Positions 1-13,200 of a DNA stretch of 64,000 nucleotides are shown piece by piece. The stretch's first letter is position 1. Each line of letters begins with the position of its first letter. The translations under genes and the position numbers were made by a program. Under the pieces are notes generated by a model. The model was not told where the DNA came from. It was given only the letters and a program-made list of their open reading frames with translations, and searched no databases. Origin of the DNA: Nemertoderma westbladi (lineage: Eukaryota > Animalia > Xenacoelomorpha); contig JAUCBJ010001037.1 in assembly GCA_032718475.1 (NCBI GenBank), forward strand, positions 29,675-93,674, written 5' to 3'.

Positions 1-1925
1 TGCAAAGCGGAGGCGATTTTGTTCTAGTGTCAAGCTTGGGGGAACCAATGAAACACCTCCAATGTTATATAGTGTCTGGTTGGAGATGTGTGCATTGTAC
101 TTGACACAATGAACCCGGCGTAGCATTCTTGTGAATGTGCCATCCAGAGATTTGGTGTCCTCAGCAGTTAGAGCCCAGCATGGACTCCCGTAGAGGAGTA
201 CTGGAACTACTGCTGCTCTAAATAATCGGACCTTAAGTTTCCGATTAATTCTCGGTGACTTCCAAATCCTGGAAAGCCTATTCAAGGCTGCCCATGCCTT
301 TCCCTTACGTATTCGAAGGTCCTCACCTGACTTCCGGATCCATGATCCCAGGTAACAGAAGTCGTCCACATGCTCAAGCATACCATCCTTTGAGCTTATG
401 CTCTTCCGATCAGAGACTTGCTGAGGACTTTCAAAGTTAACTGTTAGAATTTTGGTCTTTCTGGAGTTAATAAAAAGACCAACACTAGAAGCAGCATGTT
501 CTAATGAGCTGAGGAGCCGTTGGGCTCCCTCTAATGATTCTGATAGTACTCCTAAGTCATCAGCAAAGTCTAGATCAGTTAGGTACTTGGCAGGATTTCC
601 TCGACTTCTGGAGCCAGTAGGTGGAGTTATCATCACCCCATCATCATTATAATGATCTAAGGACATGCGTAGAACATAGTCAACCACAATAATGAACAAG
701 AATGGTGCAAGTGTGTCTCCTTGGAGGACGCCCCATAACACTTCAAATGGTTCTGTGTCACCATCAACAGTAGACACAAATGTTGTCGAACCATCGTATA
801 CTGATCTGATTGCTGCAATAATTTCATCAGGAATCCCATATAATGAAAGTATGCTGAACATACGTGAGCGAGAGACTGAATCAAAGGCCTTGAAGAAGTC
901 AACAAAGATAACAGCCAGATGCCTGTCTTTCTTTTTTGATAACTCTTCAATTATCCTTCTAAGTGCCAAAATGGGCTCCATGGTCCCACGACCTTTACGG
1001 AACCCATTCTGATTTCCACGGAGCAGTCTCTCAATGGGATCCCTGATGCGATTTAATACAATCCTATTGTATAGCTTTGCAGCAATCGAGATCAATGAGA
1101 TTCCCCGAAAAGAACCATAGAGTGTTAGGTTGCCCTTCTTGGGAACTGGCACCAACTTATTTGTTTTCATTTCTTGTGGGACTCTTGTAGTTCGGTACAT
1201 GTCTACTATGATGGGATAGATGAGCTTTAAACACTCAGGTATTTTAAAGACCTCAGGGGGAACACCATCTACTCCACTGGCACGATTGGTCTTAATGCTC
1301 TTTGCAGCAGCCTTCACTTCTGCAAAGGAGATATCGCCAATGGGAATATCTCGGAGTACAGACTCAGACACTTTTACTTCTATAAAGTTATCAGGCAATA
1401 CCCTGTCATTATTGAGGAGCTTTTCAAAGTGGGCTTTCCAACCATTGAGGCGATCGGCTGGTGATTCAGCCTTAACCTTGGTGGTTGGTTGGCTTTTCCG
1501 CCCAGTAAGCAGATTGATCGATTTCCATGCCTGGGATGATTGCCTGCTGTCGTCAGCATCATTGATGGCATCAACCTGTTGGTTTATTAGCTCCTGTAGA
1601 TTAGCAGAGTACTGCCTGTTCAGGGACCTAGATGCAGCCTTAACTGCATTCTTGGCCGCTGTAGTCTGTTTGAGTCGGGACTCTTTCTGCGCCTTATGAA
1701 GATCATTTCGGCACTTCTGAATTTTGTTGTCAGTCCAGGGGGCCCTTTTCCTGTTTCGAGGGTATACAGGAACTGTTTCTGCAGCTGCTAACTTAACTGC
1801 TTCTGTAAAGGCAGTATAGCCCTCACAGTGATCTGCCGCCTCAGAGGCAAGAGCCTCATACCTGTTGCACAGCTGTAGTGTGAAGCTGGATCTCACACTT
1901 GGCTGTTGCAACAGAGAGGACCAGT
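1..1925 (-). mobile_element. 5'-truncated non-LTR retrotransposon (RTE-like) reverse transcriptase ORF, runs off the left edge of the window
   Basis: The minus-strand frame reads open, with RT motifs FRGISLIS, QNGFRKGR, FVDFFKAFD, GVLQGDTLAP, LDFADD, FCYLGS and VLLYGSPCW. Its 5' end abuts the 27-bp satellite. Confidence 0.9.
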
Positions 1926-3646
1926 CTAATAATCCTACTAGATCCGTACTCACTAATAATCCTACTAGACTCACTAATAATCCTACTAGATCCGTACTCA
2001 CTAATAGTCCTACTAGATCCGTACTCACAAATAATCCTACTAGATCCGTACTCACTAATAATCCTACTAGATCCGTACTCACTAATAATCCTACTAGATC
2101 CGTACTCACTAATAATCCTACTAGACTCACTAATAATCCTACTAGATCCGTACTCACTAATAATCCTACTAGATCCGTACTGACTAATAATCCTACTAGA
2201 TCCGTACTCACTAATAGTCCTACTAGATCCGTACTCACTAATAGTCCTACTAGATCCGTACTCACCAATAATCCTACTAGATCCGTACTCACTAATAGTC
2301 CTACTAGATCCGTACTCACTAATAGTGCTACTAGATCCGTACTCACTAATAGTCCTACTAGATCCGTACTCACTAATAATCCTACTAGATCCGTACTCAC
2401 TAATAATCCTACTAGATCCGTACTCACTAATAATCTTACTAGATCCGTACTCACTAATAATCCTACTAGATCCGTATTCACTAATAATCCTACTAGATCC
2501 GTACTCACTAATAATCCTACTAGACTCACTAATAATCCTACTAGATCCGTACCCACTAATAATCCTACTAGATCCGTACTCACTAATAGTCCTACTAGAT
2601 CCGTACTCACTAATAATCCTACTAGATCCGTAATCACTAATAGTCCTACTAGATCCGTACTCACTAATAATCCTACTAGATCCGTACTCACTAATAGTCC
2701 TACTAGATCCGTACTCACTAATAGTCCTACTAGATCCGTACTCACCAATAATCCTACTAGATCCGTACTCACTAATAGTCCTACTAGATCCGTACTCACT
2801 AATAGTCCTACTAGATCCGCACTCACTAATAATCCTACTAGATCCGTACTCATTAATAATCCTACTAGATCCGTACTCACTAATAATCCTACTAGATCCG
2901 TACTCACTAATAATCCTACTAGATCCGTACTCACTAATAATCCTACTAGACTCACTAATAATCCTACTAGATCCGTACTCACTAATAATCCTACTAGACT
3001 CACTAATAATCCTACTAGATCCGTACTCACTAATAATCCTACTAGATCCGTACTCACTAATAATCCTACTAGATCCGTACTCACTAATAGTCCAACTAGA
3101 TCCGTACTCACTAATAGTCCTACTAGATCCGTACTCACCAATAATCCTACTAGATCCGTACTCACTAATAATCCTACTAGATCCGTACTCACTAATAGTC
3201 CTACTAGATCCGTACTCACTAATAATCCTACTAGATCCGTACTCACTAATAATCCTACTAGATCCGTACTCACTAATAATCCTACTAGATCCGTACTCAC
3301 TAATAGTCCTACTAGATCCGTACTCACTAATAATCCTACTAGATCCGTACTCACTAATAATCCTACTAGATCCGTACTCACTAATAATCCTACTAGATCC
3401 GTACTCACCAATAGTCCTACTAGATCCGTACTCACTAATAATCCTACTAGATCCGTACTCACTAATAATCCTACTAGATCCGTACTCACTAATAATCCTA
3501 CTAGATCCGTACTCACTAATAATTCTACTAGATCCGTACTCACCAATAGTCCTACTAGATCCGTACTCATTAATAATCCTACTAGATCCGTACTCACTAA
3601 TAATCCTACTAGATCCGTACTCACTAATAATCCTACTAGATCCGTA
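1926..3646. repeat. 27-bp tandem repeat (CTAATAATCCTACTAGATCCGTACTCA), about 64 copies
   Basis: Directly visible, with AAT/AGT variants and 21-bp deletion variants. The minus strand carries TAGTGAGTAC (donor-like GTGAGT) in each full unit. Confidence 0.97.
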
Positions 3647-4113
3647 GTCTTGCTATATCATATCCGTACTCACTCACGGATCTTACAAAATACTTTCATG
3701 GATTGGATACACATGTTACAAGATAAGTACTTATCTGACGGTAAAAGTACTACTTAGTACATCAGCCTCGGTGGATAATAGGCAATAATAGGGATCGAGC
3801 ATCGATGGAGGGGGGGGGGGGGGGGGGGGGGGGGATTCTGGTTATAGTTCGATTCTAAACATATGCATTAGCTCAGAATCCTATTAGCCATTTATTACCC
3901 TTTGTATACTCTCCGCAGGAATTCGAAACGGATTAAATTAGCAAAGAGATGATGAGATATTCATAGGAACGCTATTGGGGGTATTCTGGCAATCGGATAG
4001 ATTAGATTGGGATCCAGTGGTGTGCAAACTCTCGAGGCCCGATACTTACACCCCCCCAAACCGCCCACATCCAACCAACCCAGCACTGCGGCGGCTGGCA
4101 CACCCGCCGTGTA

Positions 4114-5022
4114 ATGGCGTCCCCTTATACTATAAATACCGGGGATGAGACTGGCATTTCGTCAAACCGGATCGCTTCCCCAATAAACATGAATTACAAT
4201 TCCGGTAAACTTTTTGTTACTACGATGCATCGACGCGCTCTTTGGTTAGCTGTCTGCGTCGCTATACTATTAAGCTTTCTACTTAGCGTTACCTTTACCT
4301 GTATTTATTTCGCCACTCAACTCAACTGGAGGGATTTTAACTCTAACTTAGCCGCGGTTAATAGTAACTATATGTGCTCGTCTGTCGTATGCGGTCTGGA
4401 TGTCACGGCCAAAGAGCTCGCCGTGTGCTGCCCTGACGCGAAACGCGCTACACTTCGGGAATTATTGCTACCTGAAATCGGGAAATTAATAGCCGTCGCT
4501 GATGACTCATCAACAGTAGCCAATCGGCGTCTAGAACGTAAAGAGACCGCAGGTATTAAACCGTTGGCGCATCTTATCGGAATAGTCCCGTTACACAATA
4601 AACGTAATGTAGAACAGATGGTGATGATTAACCCTTGGGAAACATCTAACGGTCTGGCCACGCTCGACGGATTCATTTACCACAGCGGTCGTCTCATAGT
4701 AACAGTCCCTGGTTACTATAGGATATACAGTCAGGTGACTGTCATCGACGATTCCCATGGCAACAGGACTGGCGTGTTCCGTCACGTGACTGTAAAAGTA
4801 AGCGGTTCGGGTTCCGAAACCGATCTGCTTAAAAACGAAGAAACTCTGAAACGCGTTCATCACGAAACCCCCGTGGTACATACGAGTTTCCATAGCGGGA
4901 TTTTTAAATTATTCCATTCCGACAGTTTCGCTGTTAAAGTATCAACCAACTATGTGCGACATTTGTCTTTAGAACAATCGCAGTGCTACTTCGGTGCCGT
5001 TTTTGAGAGAGAATTATCATAA
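4114..5022 (+). CDS. TNF-superfamily ligand (TRAIL/eiger-like type II membrane protein), intronless CDS, 302 aa
   Basis: N-terminal hydrophobic helix (ALWLAVCVAILLSFLLSVTFTCIYF). C-terminal TNF-homology motifs PLAHLIG, W, GRLIVTVPGYYRIYSQVT, SFHSGIFKL and QCYFGAV. Confidence 0.9.
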   Translation: MASPYTINTGDETGISSNRIASPINMNYNSGKLFVTTMHRRALWLAVCVAILLSFLLSVTFTCIYFATQLNWRDFNSNLAAVNSNYMCSSVVCGLDVTAKELAVCCPDAKRATLRELLLPEIGKLIAVADDSSTVANRRLERKETAGIKPLAHLIGIVPLHNKRNVEQMVMINPWETSNGLATLDGFIYHSGRLIVTVPGYYRIYSQVTVIDDSHGNRTGVFRHVTVKVSGSGSETDLLKNEETLKRVHHETPVVHTSFHSGIFKLFHSDSFAVKVSTNYVRHLSLEQSQCYFGAVFERELS

Positions 5023-7039
5023 TTAATTATCTCATGATTTAAATCTTTCGCTGTTATTATTTTTAATTATTTCCTGTTGGCTACTAACTAACTATATACC
5101 TTCGGGTAGGGCAATATGTTTGCTTGTATAGGGTAATTAATTTTATTGGTGTAATTGTAAGTAATTTATTCTACGTTATTTCTTTTAAATAGCTATTACA
5201 TTTATCAATTAAATTATGGAATTATGAGATCAATTTATTGTGACTTAATTTAATGTTAAAGTTTAAATGAATTGCCGAACAAATCTGAAGTCTAAAATAT
5301 ACAAAATCCCGTTTTCTTGCTCTTCCTTTATTGTTTTGGTTTGAAAAACTCAGCAATTTAAACATTTTCTTTCCGTATTTATATTGTATTCGTTATTTTT
5401 TATAATGAATTAATTAATTAATTAATATATATAGTAGGTTGGCTAATATTTTCTTGCTTGCGAACAATGGTTTATTGAATCTTCGGCAGTGAGTCCCGGT
5501 AGATTAATAGTAAGGGAAGGGTTGTAGTTGTAGTTAATTGCTGAGTCAATTAATTAATTAATTAATTAACTAAATGTGAGCACATCCTTAATTATTAGTT
5601 GGGTACAAATGGTGGGTAAATCAGTCGTGGGATCGCTATATTTATTGAATAAATATTTTCAAATTATTTCATATTAAAATTTTGTCAATCCATTGTATTT
5701 TTTTCTTTAAGTAGCGTTATTTGCATCCTGTTAAATTCTTACAACTATATTAGTTATAAATATGTTTCATTATTTTTTTTCGTTAATTTCAATATGAAAA
5801 ATAGTACTATAGTGCAGATGTCCTGTTAGACATATTGTCTATATAAACTATTTTAATTCTGTTGTGAAATAAAGTCTGTAAAGTACATCTATAATATAAT
5901 TTTAATTAAAAAAAATTAAATTAAATTTAATCTTTCCCAGGTTAGGTTGTATTTAATCAATTATAGATTTGTAAAATAAATTACATCTGCCAGATTAACA
6001 TTTTCAAGGAAACTAAAGTTAATTCTAAAATAAATTCGTAGTAGTTTTAATACTATCGTTTTTAGTTAAAGTATTTTTGTTTCATTGTTCATGTGATTTA
6101 ATATCTGCAGAACAAGTGCCACTAGTTTGTACTTTACAGTGATGTCGTTACATAATGTACAGCTCACCCTACTTTACACTACACAGGTAAATTTATCGAT
6201 TGATCTATTTATTGTGCAATTTTTTACTAAACTGAATAAAACAAATATCTTCTAATAATATTTTATCTTTTGATTTCTCATCTTCTTTGCGACAAAAATT
6301 TTCTTGCGGATTAATTAACAGGTTTTATTGACTCGAATGGGTCTACTAAAATTACCAGGTCCCACGGGGGCATTGTTCGGAAATAATGGGAGGTCGGGAA
6401 GCTATTATCCAGATATTTTTTATCAAAAGTAATGGTTTCTGGTAAATTCCTGTTGTTAGAGTGATTCACCATTACGTAATTGTTGCAACCTATAAGGCAC
6501 TAAATGTCTCAGTGGAAAGATATCGTAAAACGACATTATATAGGACTTCATTACGATATATGAGATCGCCCTGAGCCCCTTCAACTTTGTAAATACAGTA
6601 ACTCCAACCTTGGCATAGCGGTATCATTAATATCCTTGAATTCACATCTCTCCGGAGGTCGTGTATTTAATCACCGCTAGGGCAGTTTTTGTTTCAGCTT
6701 GAATGATTTAAGGGACTAGGCAGGACTCATCTCCGCCCGGCAAAATTTTAGCTAGAGTACCAGTTTCCTTTGGGGAAGTATAGTTCTGAGAGGGGGGGGG
6801 GGGGGGGGGGGGGGCAATGGAAATAAGTCATCAGGGGGGAGTGTGGGAGTGGGAAATCCCTCCCCCAATGTTGTATTTGGTGGGTCTAAACAACCCATCC
6901 AGTGGTGTTAGTTAATTCAGTTCGCAAGAACCGTTTATATTTAAACGTTTCTTTGAGATTTTACTGTAAAAACATCGAAATAAAAATGGTAATACCTCAC
7001 AACTTCCCTGCCACGCACTTAGTATTTTATTTTCGATAT

Positions 7040-7986
7040 ATACTCACTCGTTAACTATCACAGGAAATACGGCCTTTCTCTCCATTTGTATGCTAACGAC
7101 ACACGGTTGTACATAATCATCTAAGAATTTCAATGAAGGACCATTTTGTTTAAAAGAATACAGATAAAACCGAGAAAATCGTGACCAAGTTGCCCCCATC
7201 AAAGTATTGGGAATGATTTTATATCTAACAGTTATCATGCACGCAATATAGGTTTCATCATGGACTCGCAACTTACCTTTAAAAAAGATGTCCAATGTTG
7301 TACGAGACTCGTTCTACCATCTTCGCAACCTCTCAAATACAGGCATCATAACCTCTTAATACATGCCTTTATTGCAAATAAATTTGATAAATTGAATTAT
7401 CGTTATTGTGGATTGCCTTTGCCTGCCAATTATATGAAAAAGTTGCAATATGTACAAAACCCTGCGGCGCGACTATTAGAAAGTGTCAAGAAGCGAGAAC
7501 ACAACTCCCGTTCTAAAACGACTTCATTGGCTCCCTATTAATAGATAGACAGACAGGGGGAATTCAAACTGGCAATGTTGTGCTATAAGAGTCTGAATGG
7601 CTTAGCACCGCACTATCTCAGCGACTTATTGACGCCATACACACCCTGTAGAGAATTACGCTCGAGCGCGGGTATTCTTTTGGTAATCCCTTGGTACTCG
7701 CTAGAGAACTTTGGTAAGCGCGCCTTCTACATTGCCGGGCCACGTGTTTGGAACTCACTACCTCATGAGGTGCGATCAGCCACTACATTGACAATTTTTA
7801 AATCGAAGCTGAAAGCTGTTTTATTTCAACGCGATGCGCCTTTTTAACTCATTTCACTCACATATGTTTTTATGTCAATATGTTTTTACTGTTTTTTTTT
7901 TACCTTATTGTTAATTTTTATTCAAAAGCGCCTTGAAATATGCCTAGATAGGTGCTATATAAATAAATGTATTGTTATTATTATTA
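7040..7986 (+). mobile_element. Degenerate 3' fragment of a CR1/L2-group LINE
   Basis: Frameshifted RT C-terminus (KLQYVQNPAARLL, LHWLP, GLAPHYLSDLLTPYTP..LRSS, FGKRAF..AGPRVWNSLP, FKSKLK), then AATAAA and a (TTA)n tail. Confidence 0.85.
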
Positions 7987-8189
7987 GTAAAAGCCAGCTC
8001 TAAAGTACCTAGAAACAGTTTACAGTTAAAATATTGTGGAGCCCTTTCCAGTTTCCATGCCGTGGATTAACGTACTAAAGTTATTTTTTGATTACAGCTG
8101 TGCGTGGTTGTATAATTAAAAATTTACGACGCGATTAACTAAAAAAAAGACTGACTAACGTATGCTGCTCACAATAAGGAACTATACTA

Positions 8190-8990
8190 TAGACTGGCAC
8201 CATTACTTTTCACGCTGTACGCAAACAACATACCGGACCCGGACACAGTACAATCTTCCACCATTATTCAATGTGCTGGTGATACAGGATTTACACCACA
8301 CACAATCGCAAACCCGCACCTTGCCTCGAAACTATTGCAAATCGAAATTATAAAATTAAACAAAACTTTTGAAGAACATCACTTAAAACTAAATCCATCA
8401 AAGTCAGAATTCCTCTCGTACTACTATCGTATAGCCAAAACACCATACCTGTAAATCGTCAGACTTTATCATACCGTTAGATTCTATAAATTTAGACGTA
8501 AAGGAACAAGTACCCCAATCAAATACAGTAAAATATATTTGTCAGTAATAGATAAATAATGATAGTACATCTTGTTTACGCTTTCACTGACATTAGCTAC
8601 CCAATCATAATTATTGTATTAAATTATTATTACTACACGATAAACACGGATACAAGGACATGGGCCTACAGTATTATACAAATTTGAAAAAGTACAAAAT
8701 TATGCATTGATAAATAATTTTGGGAAACGAATGAGATTTTACCCGAATAAGAAAGTTAAAATACCAACACTAAAGGCTGTGAGATAATATTTGGGTTTAA
8801 TGAACTTCTACATATATTTGTACAAGCTATGTAAGTCATTTAAAGTTTTAGATCAACCTCTTCTACCAAAATCTAAAATTTCCATAAACCCTCGTAATAA
8901 AAACATACTTATACCCAAAACTAAGAACAAATACGGGAAAGCACTACTAATTAATATGAACTATCAAGATACAAACTGCCTACCTAGCTG
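8190..8990 (+). mobile_element. Highly decayed LINE RT fragment
   Basis: Remnants FTLYANNIP..IIQCAGDT (decayed YADDT), LKLNPSKSEFL and FEKVQNYAL, with many stops and frameshifts. Confidence 0.5.
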
Positions 8991-10197
8991 ATTTCCATCC
9001 ATGGCCTTATGGCAGTATGGGGGATAATCGAGCGTTGCTGGAACCCTGTGACACTGTCAATTATAAGTACTTTGTGTATTAACTGCCTCATGAAATCTTT
9101 ATGGATGAGTTTTTAGCAAATATAAGCGTAAAAAATAATATAGCGATTTAAGTGCGTACATCGCACCCTGGACAGCTTGGCGGGGAATTTGAATTATTAT
9201 ATCTGGCTATTCATTGACTGTCTGACTGTCAAAATACTGATTTAAGGAAGCAGGAAGGAACAGCAGCCTGACTCGCTACCGGTAATTGCGAAATTCCGAG
9301 AGTAACTATACCGGTAAACCTCTAAGGCTGGAATGTGAGATAGGTGTTAGGCAGTTAGGATCTTTCCTGACATCATAGGTTTCCATTTACAAGGTCAGAA
9401 GGTACCGGTAGTGCCAGACCCGATACAGTTTACATCAGTCTGGCGGTAGGCCTACAAGTAGGATGGTCCTGGTAGGCTAGGCGGTGGGAAGCAGGCAGGC
9501 AGGTAAGACACAAAGACCAGAAGACGAAGACAGTAACCTAATGCCTCAACAAATCATTAAGGTGATTAACTGACTAGTACCGGCAGACCGGTACTCCGGC
9601 TGTCCGGTAGGCCTCATGTCTTTATTAGGCCTACTGTATTATAATAAAAAGCTTGTTCTGTTTCCTTATTTCAGCGTTGTGGTTGTACCGGTACCTTGTA
9701 CATTACCGTACCAGTACAGTTGTTGTAGTTTGTAGCGTTTAATATTGCTGTATTGTCTGATTGTGCTTTGTGCCCTATTAAAATACTGAAATACAGAAAT
9801 ACAACTGTCAGACTGTCAATATTCTAGGCAATATTGTAGGCCTAGCCTGTAGGCCCTATGCCAATTGTCAATTATTTAATATAGGCTCAGGATGATGCTG
9901 AGAGGCCTCTCTATCAAAGCAACTAGTGCTAGTGTGTAGTAGGTCTACAGCTGTACAGGCAGACAGGACAGCACAGGCAGGCTACAGCATTGACTTAGTT
10001 GTCACTTGTCAGTAGGCCGCCTAAAGCTATATAATTGTTGCAGAGCTACACTTACTGACTTACCTACCTGACCGCTAGTGCGCTAGTCGCTATATTATTT
10101 TTCAGTATTTATGTACCGGTAACTGTAAACAGGTAAATGATAGCTTATCAATTAATAGTTATCGGAAGTGTTAGCCGACAGTCAGATTTCTAATTCA

Positions 10198-10236
10198 ATG
10201 GATCTCGGGGAGGCTGTTTCTCGTCACGATATTCAG
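10198..10236 (+). CDS. POP1: POP1 putative exon 1 ([13 protein letters not shown])
   Basis: ATG followed by CAG|GTTATT, phase 0. No conserved motif, so the start is tentative. Confidence 0.5.
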
Positions 10237-13200
10237 GTTATTTATTACTATATTACTGGTAGTTCATTCACTTTCACGTTCGCCCTCTAGACCTAGACGA
10301 CAGCCTTAGTTCCCATCACACTACCAGACTGATAACGAACTTAGCGGAGCGGAGCTGGTATGTATCGTATGTGTGTGTAACTGTTAAATAATCCCATAGT
10401 ACAATAGGCCTACATTTAATGCTGTGCTGTAGTTAGCTTAATATTAATTATAGATCAAATCGGGCGCATTTCTCAAAGAATGGTGCAGCGCCAAGGTTGA
10501 AGACAAACCCAACATACAGACAACGTTGCAAATACGACACTTTCTCAAAAAGCAGCAGCCAACCAACAATAAGGTAATTATTATTGCTAATGTAGTGACT
10601 GTGTGAGTGTGTATCTTCTATGTTACCAGTCTGCTAGTAGCACTGGATGAAATTCGGAGGAATGGTAATATCAAATGGTTGAGAGTGAGAATGCATTACT
10701 GCTGGGGATATAAAGCATTGTGTGTTAGGTGAATGAAGGAGTGCAAGTGGTGGGTAAGCTGGACACTATGGGAGGTACTGTCGCAGTCATTGTACTGTCC
10801 ATGTGGTTACAGACTCCTGAACCGCATACACAATTATTAGTGTTTCGCTGCACAGGTTCGAATCCGGCTAAAAGCTGTAGAAATTTCACACTGATTACGT
10901 GGTTTCTACACTATAGTTACACCTTGCGATATCTTGAGGTTGTAGTTTATACTTTACTGTGTCACCAATACAGTAATACTTTACTGTGTCACCAATACAG
11001 TACCGGTACCGGTATGTGAATGTACGTCTATCATCGCAATATTGTTGTGCTGGTAGGAAGAGATTTACAACTAGTTTTTAAGGTAAACCTTGGGATCCTT
11101 CTATTCACTTTTCCATTGATTATAATATATTAATATTCCAGGGTAATTGTTACCGGTTATTTTATTATTATAGTCTTCCGCTGCGAACAAAAAGGAACAA
11201 CGATTTCGATATCAGCCAGACAGTATTGAAGTTGGTAACGAATTACCTACTGATGGCCAATTAAGTGATAGACAAGGTTTGTAATAATGATAACATTAAC
11301 GAATAAGTTAATCTTACACAAAATGGGACCTTCCCGCAGCACGTGACATAAACTTATGTTAAGTGTCAACATGAAATAATTATAAGCCAAATCTAAGCAG
11401 ATGTCCCATGATCACTTTACCACCTAGTCTCGCCTACTTTCGTGGTTCGCCCCACAAACAATACTGTTAAACTCAAGAAAGTTTACAATAATTTGTCAAT
11501 AATGCCTTAAGGGTAGATGCAACCCTTAGATTTTCCCATACAATCGCCTTTTTAACAATTGCCCCGTTTTCTCCGGAACTACCAGCGGTTAATTTTTATG
11601 AAATTTGTTACCGGTATGCTTTTAAAAGTAGCCACTCCGACAGACCTGGAACCTCAAAAAATTATAAATGTTAACTACGATCTTAGAGAAATTTCATTGA
11701 GCAGTTCTTGAGAGATAGAGAGGCATTTTGTAACCAAAATATCACGGAAAAGCAATTTAGGAGACATTAGCAGCATTCAAAGTTTTCAAACTTGGTGGGA
11801 ATTTTCAAACATTATTGTGAAATTTTGAAAGGACATTTTTTCTAACATAAACTATAATTTTCGCTGGGGCCGCCTGTATGTCTTTTTTGGTTTGTCGGTA
11901 AAAATATATAAAAGCACACAACTAAAACTTTCGCTGTGAGGTTTTCCGTTTTCCTGGTCCGCGGTTTCATTACCGATGTCAGTTTTCACGACCGACTGAT
12001 TCTAGTCTCTTTCAGTCTGTCAGATAGACATTAGACAAGACACGCTGACTAGAATCCGTAAATTGTAGAAACTGACATCGGAAACGAAATCCCAGACAAC
12101 GAAACCCCCATAGAAATATTTTTAGTTAGGTGTGGTGAGATATTTTATGCCTACTGTATTTTGACAAATAGATAGACAGACATACAGACGGGCGGACATA
12201 GATTTAAGCGGTTTTGGCTTATGACGTGCCTTTAAAGTGTCAATATCTATAATCTGCCGAAAATTGTGATCTTAATCAACTGAAAAAAAATATTGCAAAA
12301 ATTTTATTTTATTGAAAATTGTACGGGTCCCATCTCCCCTTAGCTCCGTTAGTGGTCACCATTAAATTTCTGGCATTAGTAACTTCCCCCCCACCCTTAA
12401 CCTCATCGCTAATATTTCTACTTCACAAACACTTTGTTTAATTTCTTTAGCTTTAAATGTTGCCGAATTCTCATCATGTCGGGCTTTGGAGATCGGGGAA
12501 ATGATTGAATCAGTCAAGCGCGGGAGAATAACCGCGACCCAGCTGCAACTAATGCCGAGGTATATGCGGCGACGGGCAATGAGCAACGTGGTAAAACGGT
12601 TCCCGAGGAAAGTCAGACATTGGGTCGGCAGACAACCTACACAATCGGTGAGTTACATTGGTTCGACAGACTACCGACACATTCGGTGAGTTACATTGGT
12701 TCGACAGACAACCGACACAGTCGGAGAGTTACATTGGTTCGACAGACAACCGATACAGTCGGTGAGTTACATTGGTTCGACAGAGAACCGATACAGTCGG
12801 TGAGTTACATTGGTTCGACAGAGAACCGATACAGTCGGTGAGTTACATTGGTTCGACAGAGAACCGATACAGTCGGTGAGTTGCAGAGGTTCGACAGACA
12901 ACCGACACAGTCGGTGAGTTGCAGAGGTTCGACAGACAACCGACACAGTCGGTTAGTTACATTGGTTCGACAGACAACCGACACAGTCGGTGAGTTACAT
13001 TGGTCCGACAGACAACCGACACAGTCGGTGAGTTGCATTGGTTCGACAGACAACCGCCACAGTCGGTGAGTTGCAGAGTTTCGACAGACAACCGCCACAG
13101 TCGGTTAGTTGCAGAGGTTCGACAGACAACCGACACAGTCGGTTAGTTACATTGGTCCGACAGACAACCGACACAGTCGTTGAGTTATATTGATTCGACA

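Noticed and set aside
255-1699. Plus-strand ORFs of 61-159 aa
   Set aside because: Antisense shadows of the RTE-like RT frame.
3721-3736. Perfect 16-bp palindrome AGATAAGTACTTATCT
   Set aside because: It is isolated, with no supporting structure; plausible by chance in AT-rich DNA.
1865-3757. 630-aa ORF (TNNPTRSVL)n
   Set aside because: It is a by-product of a 27-bp repeat lacking stops in one frame, with a non-ATG start inside an antisense LINE.
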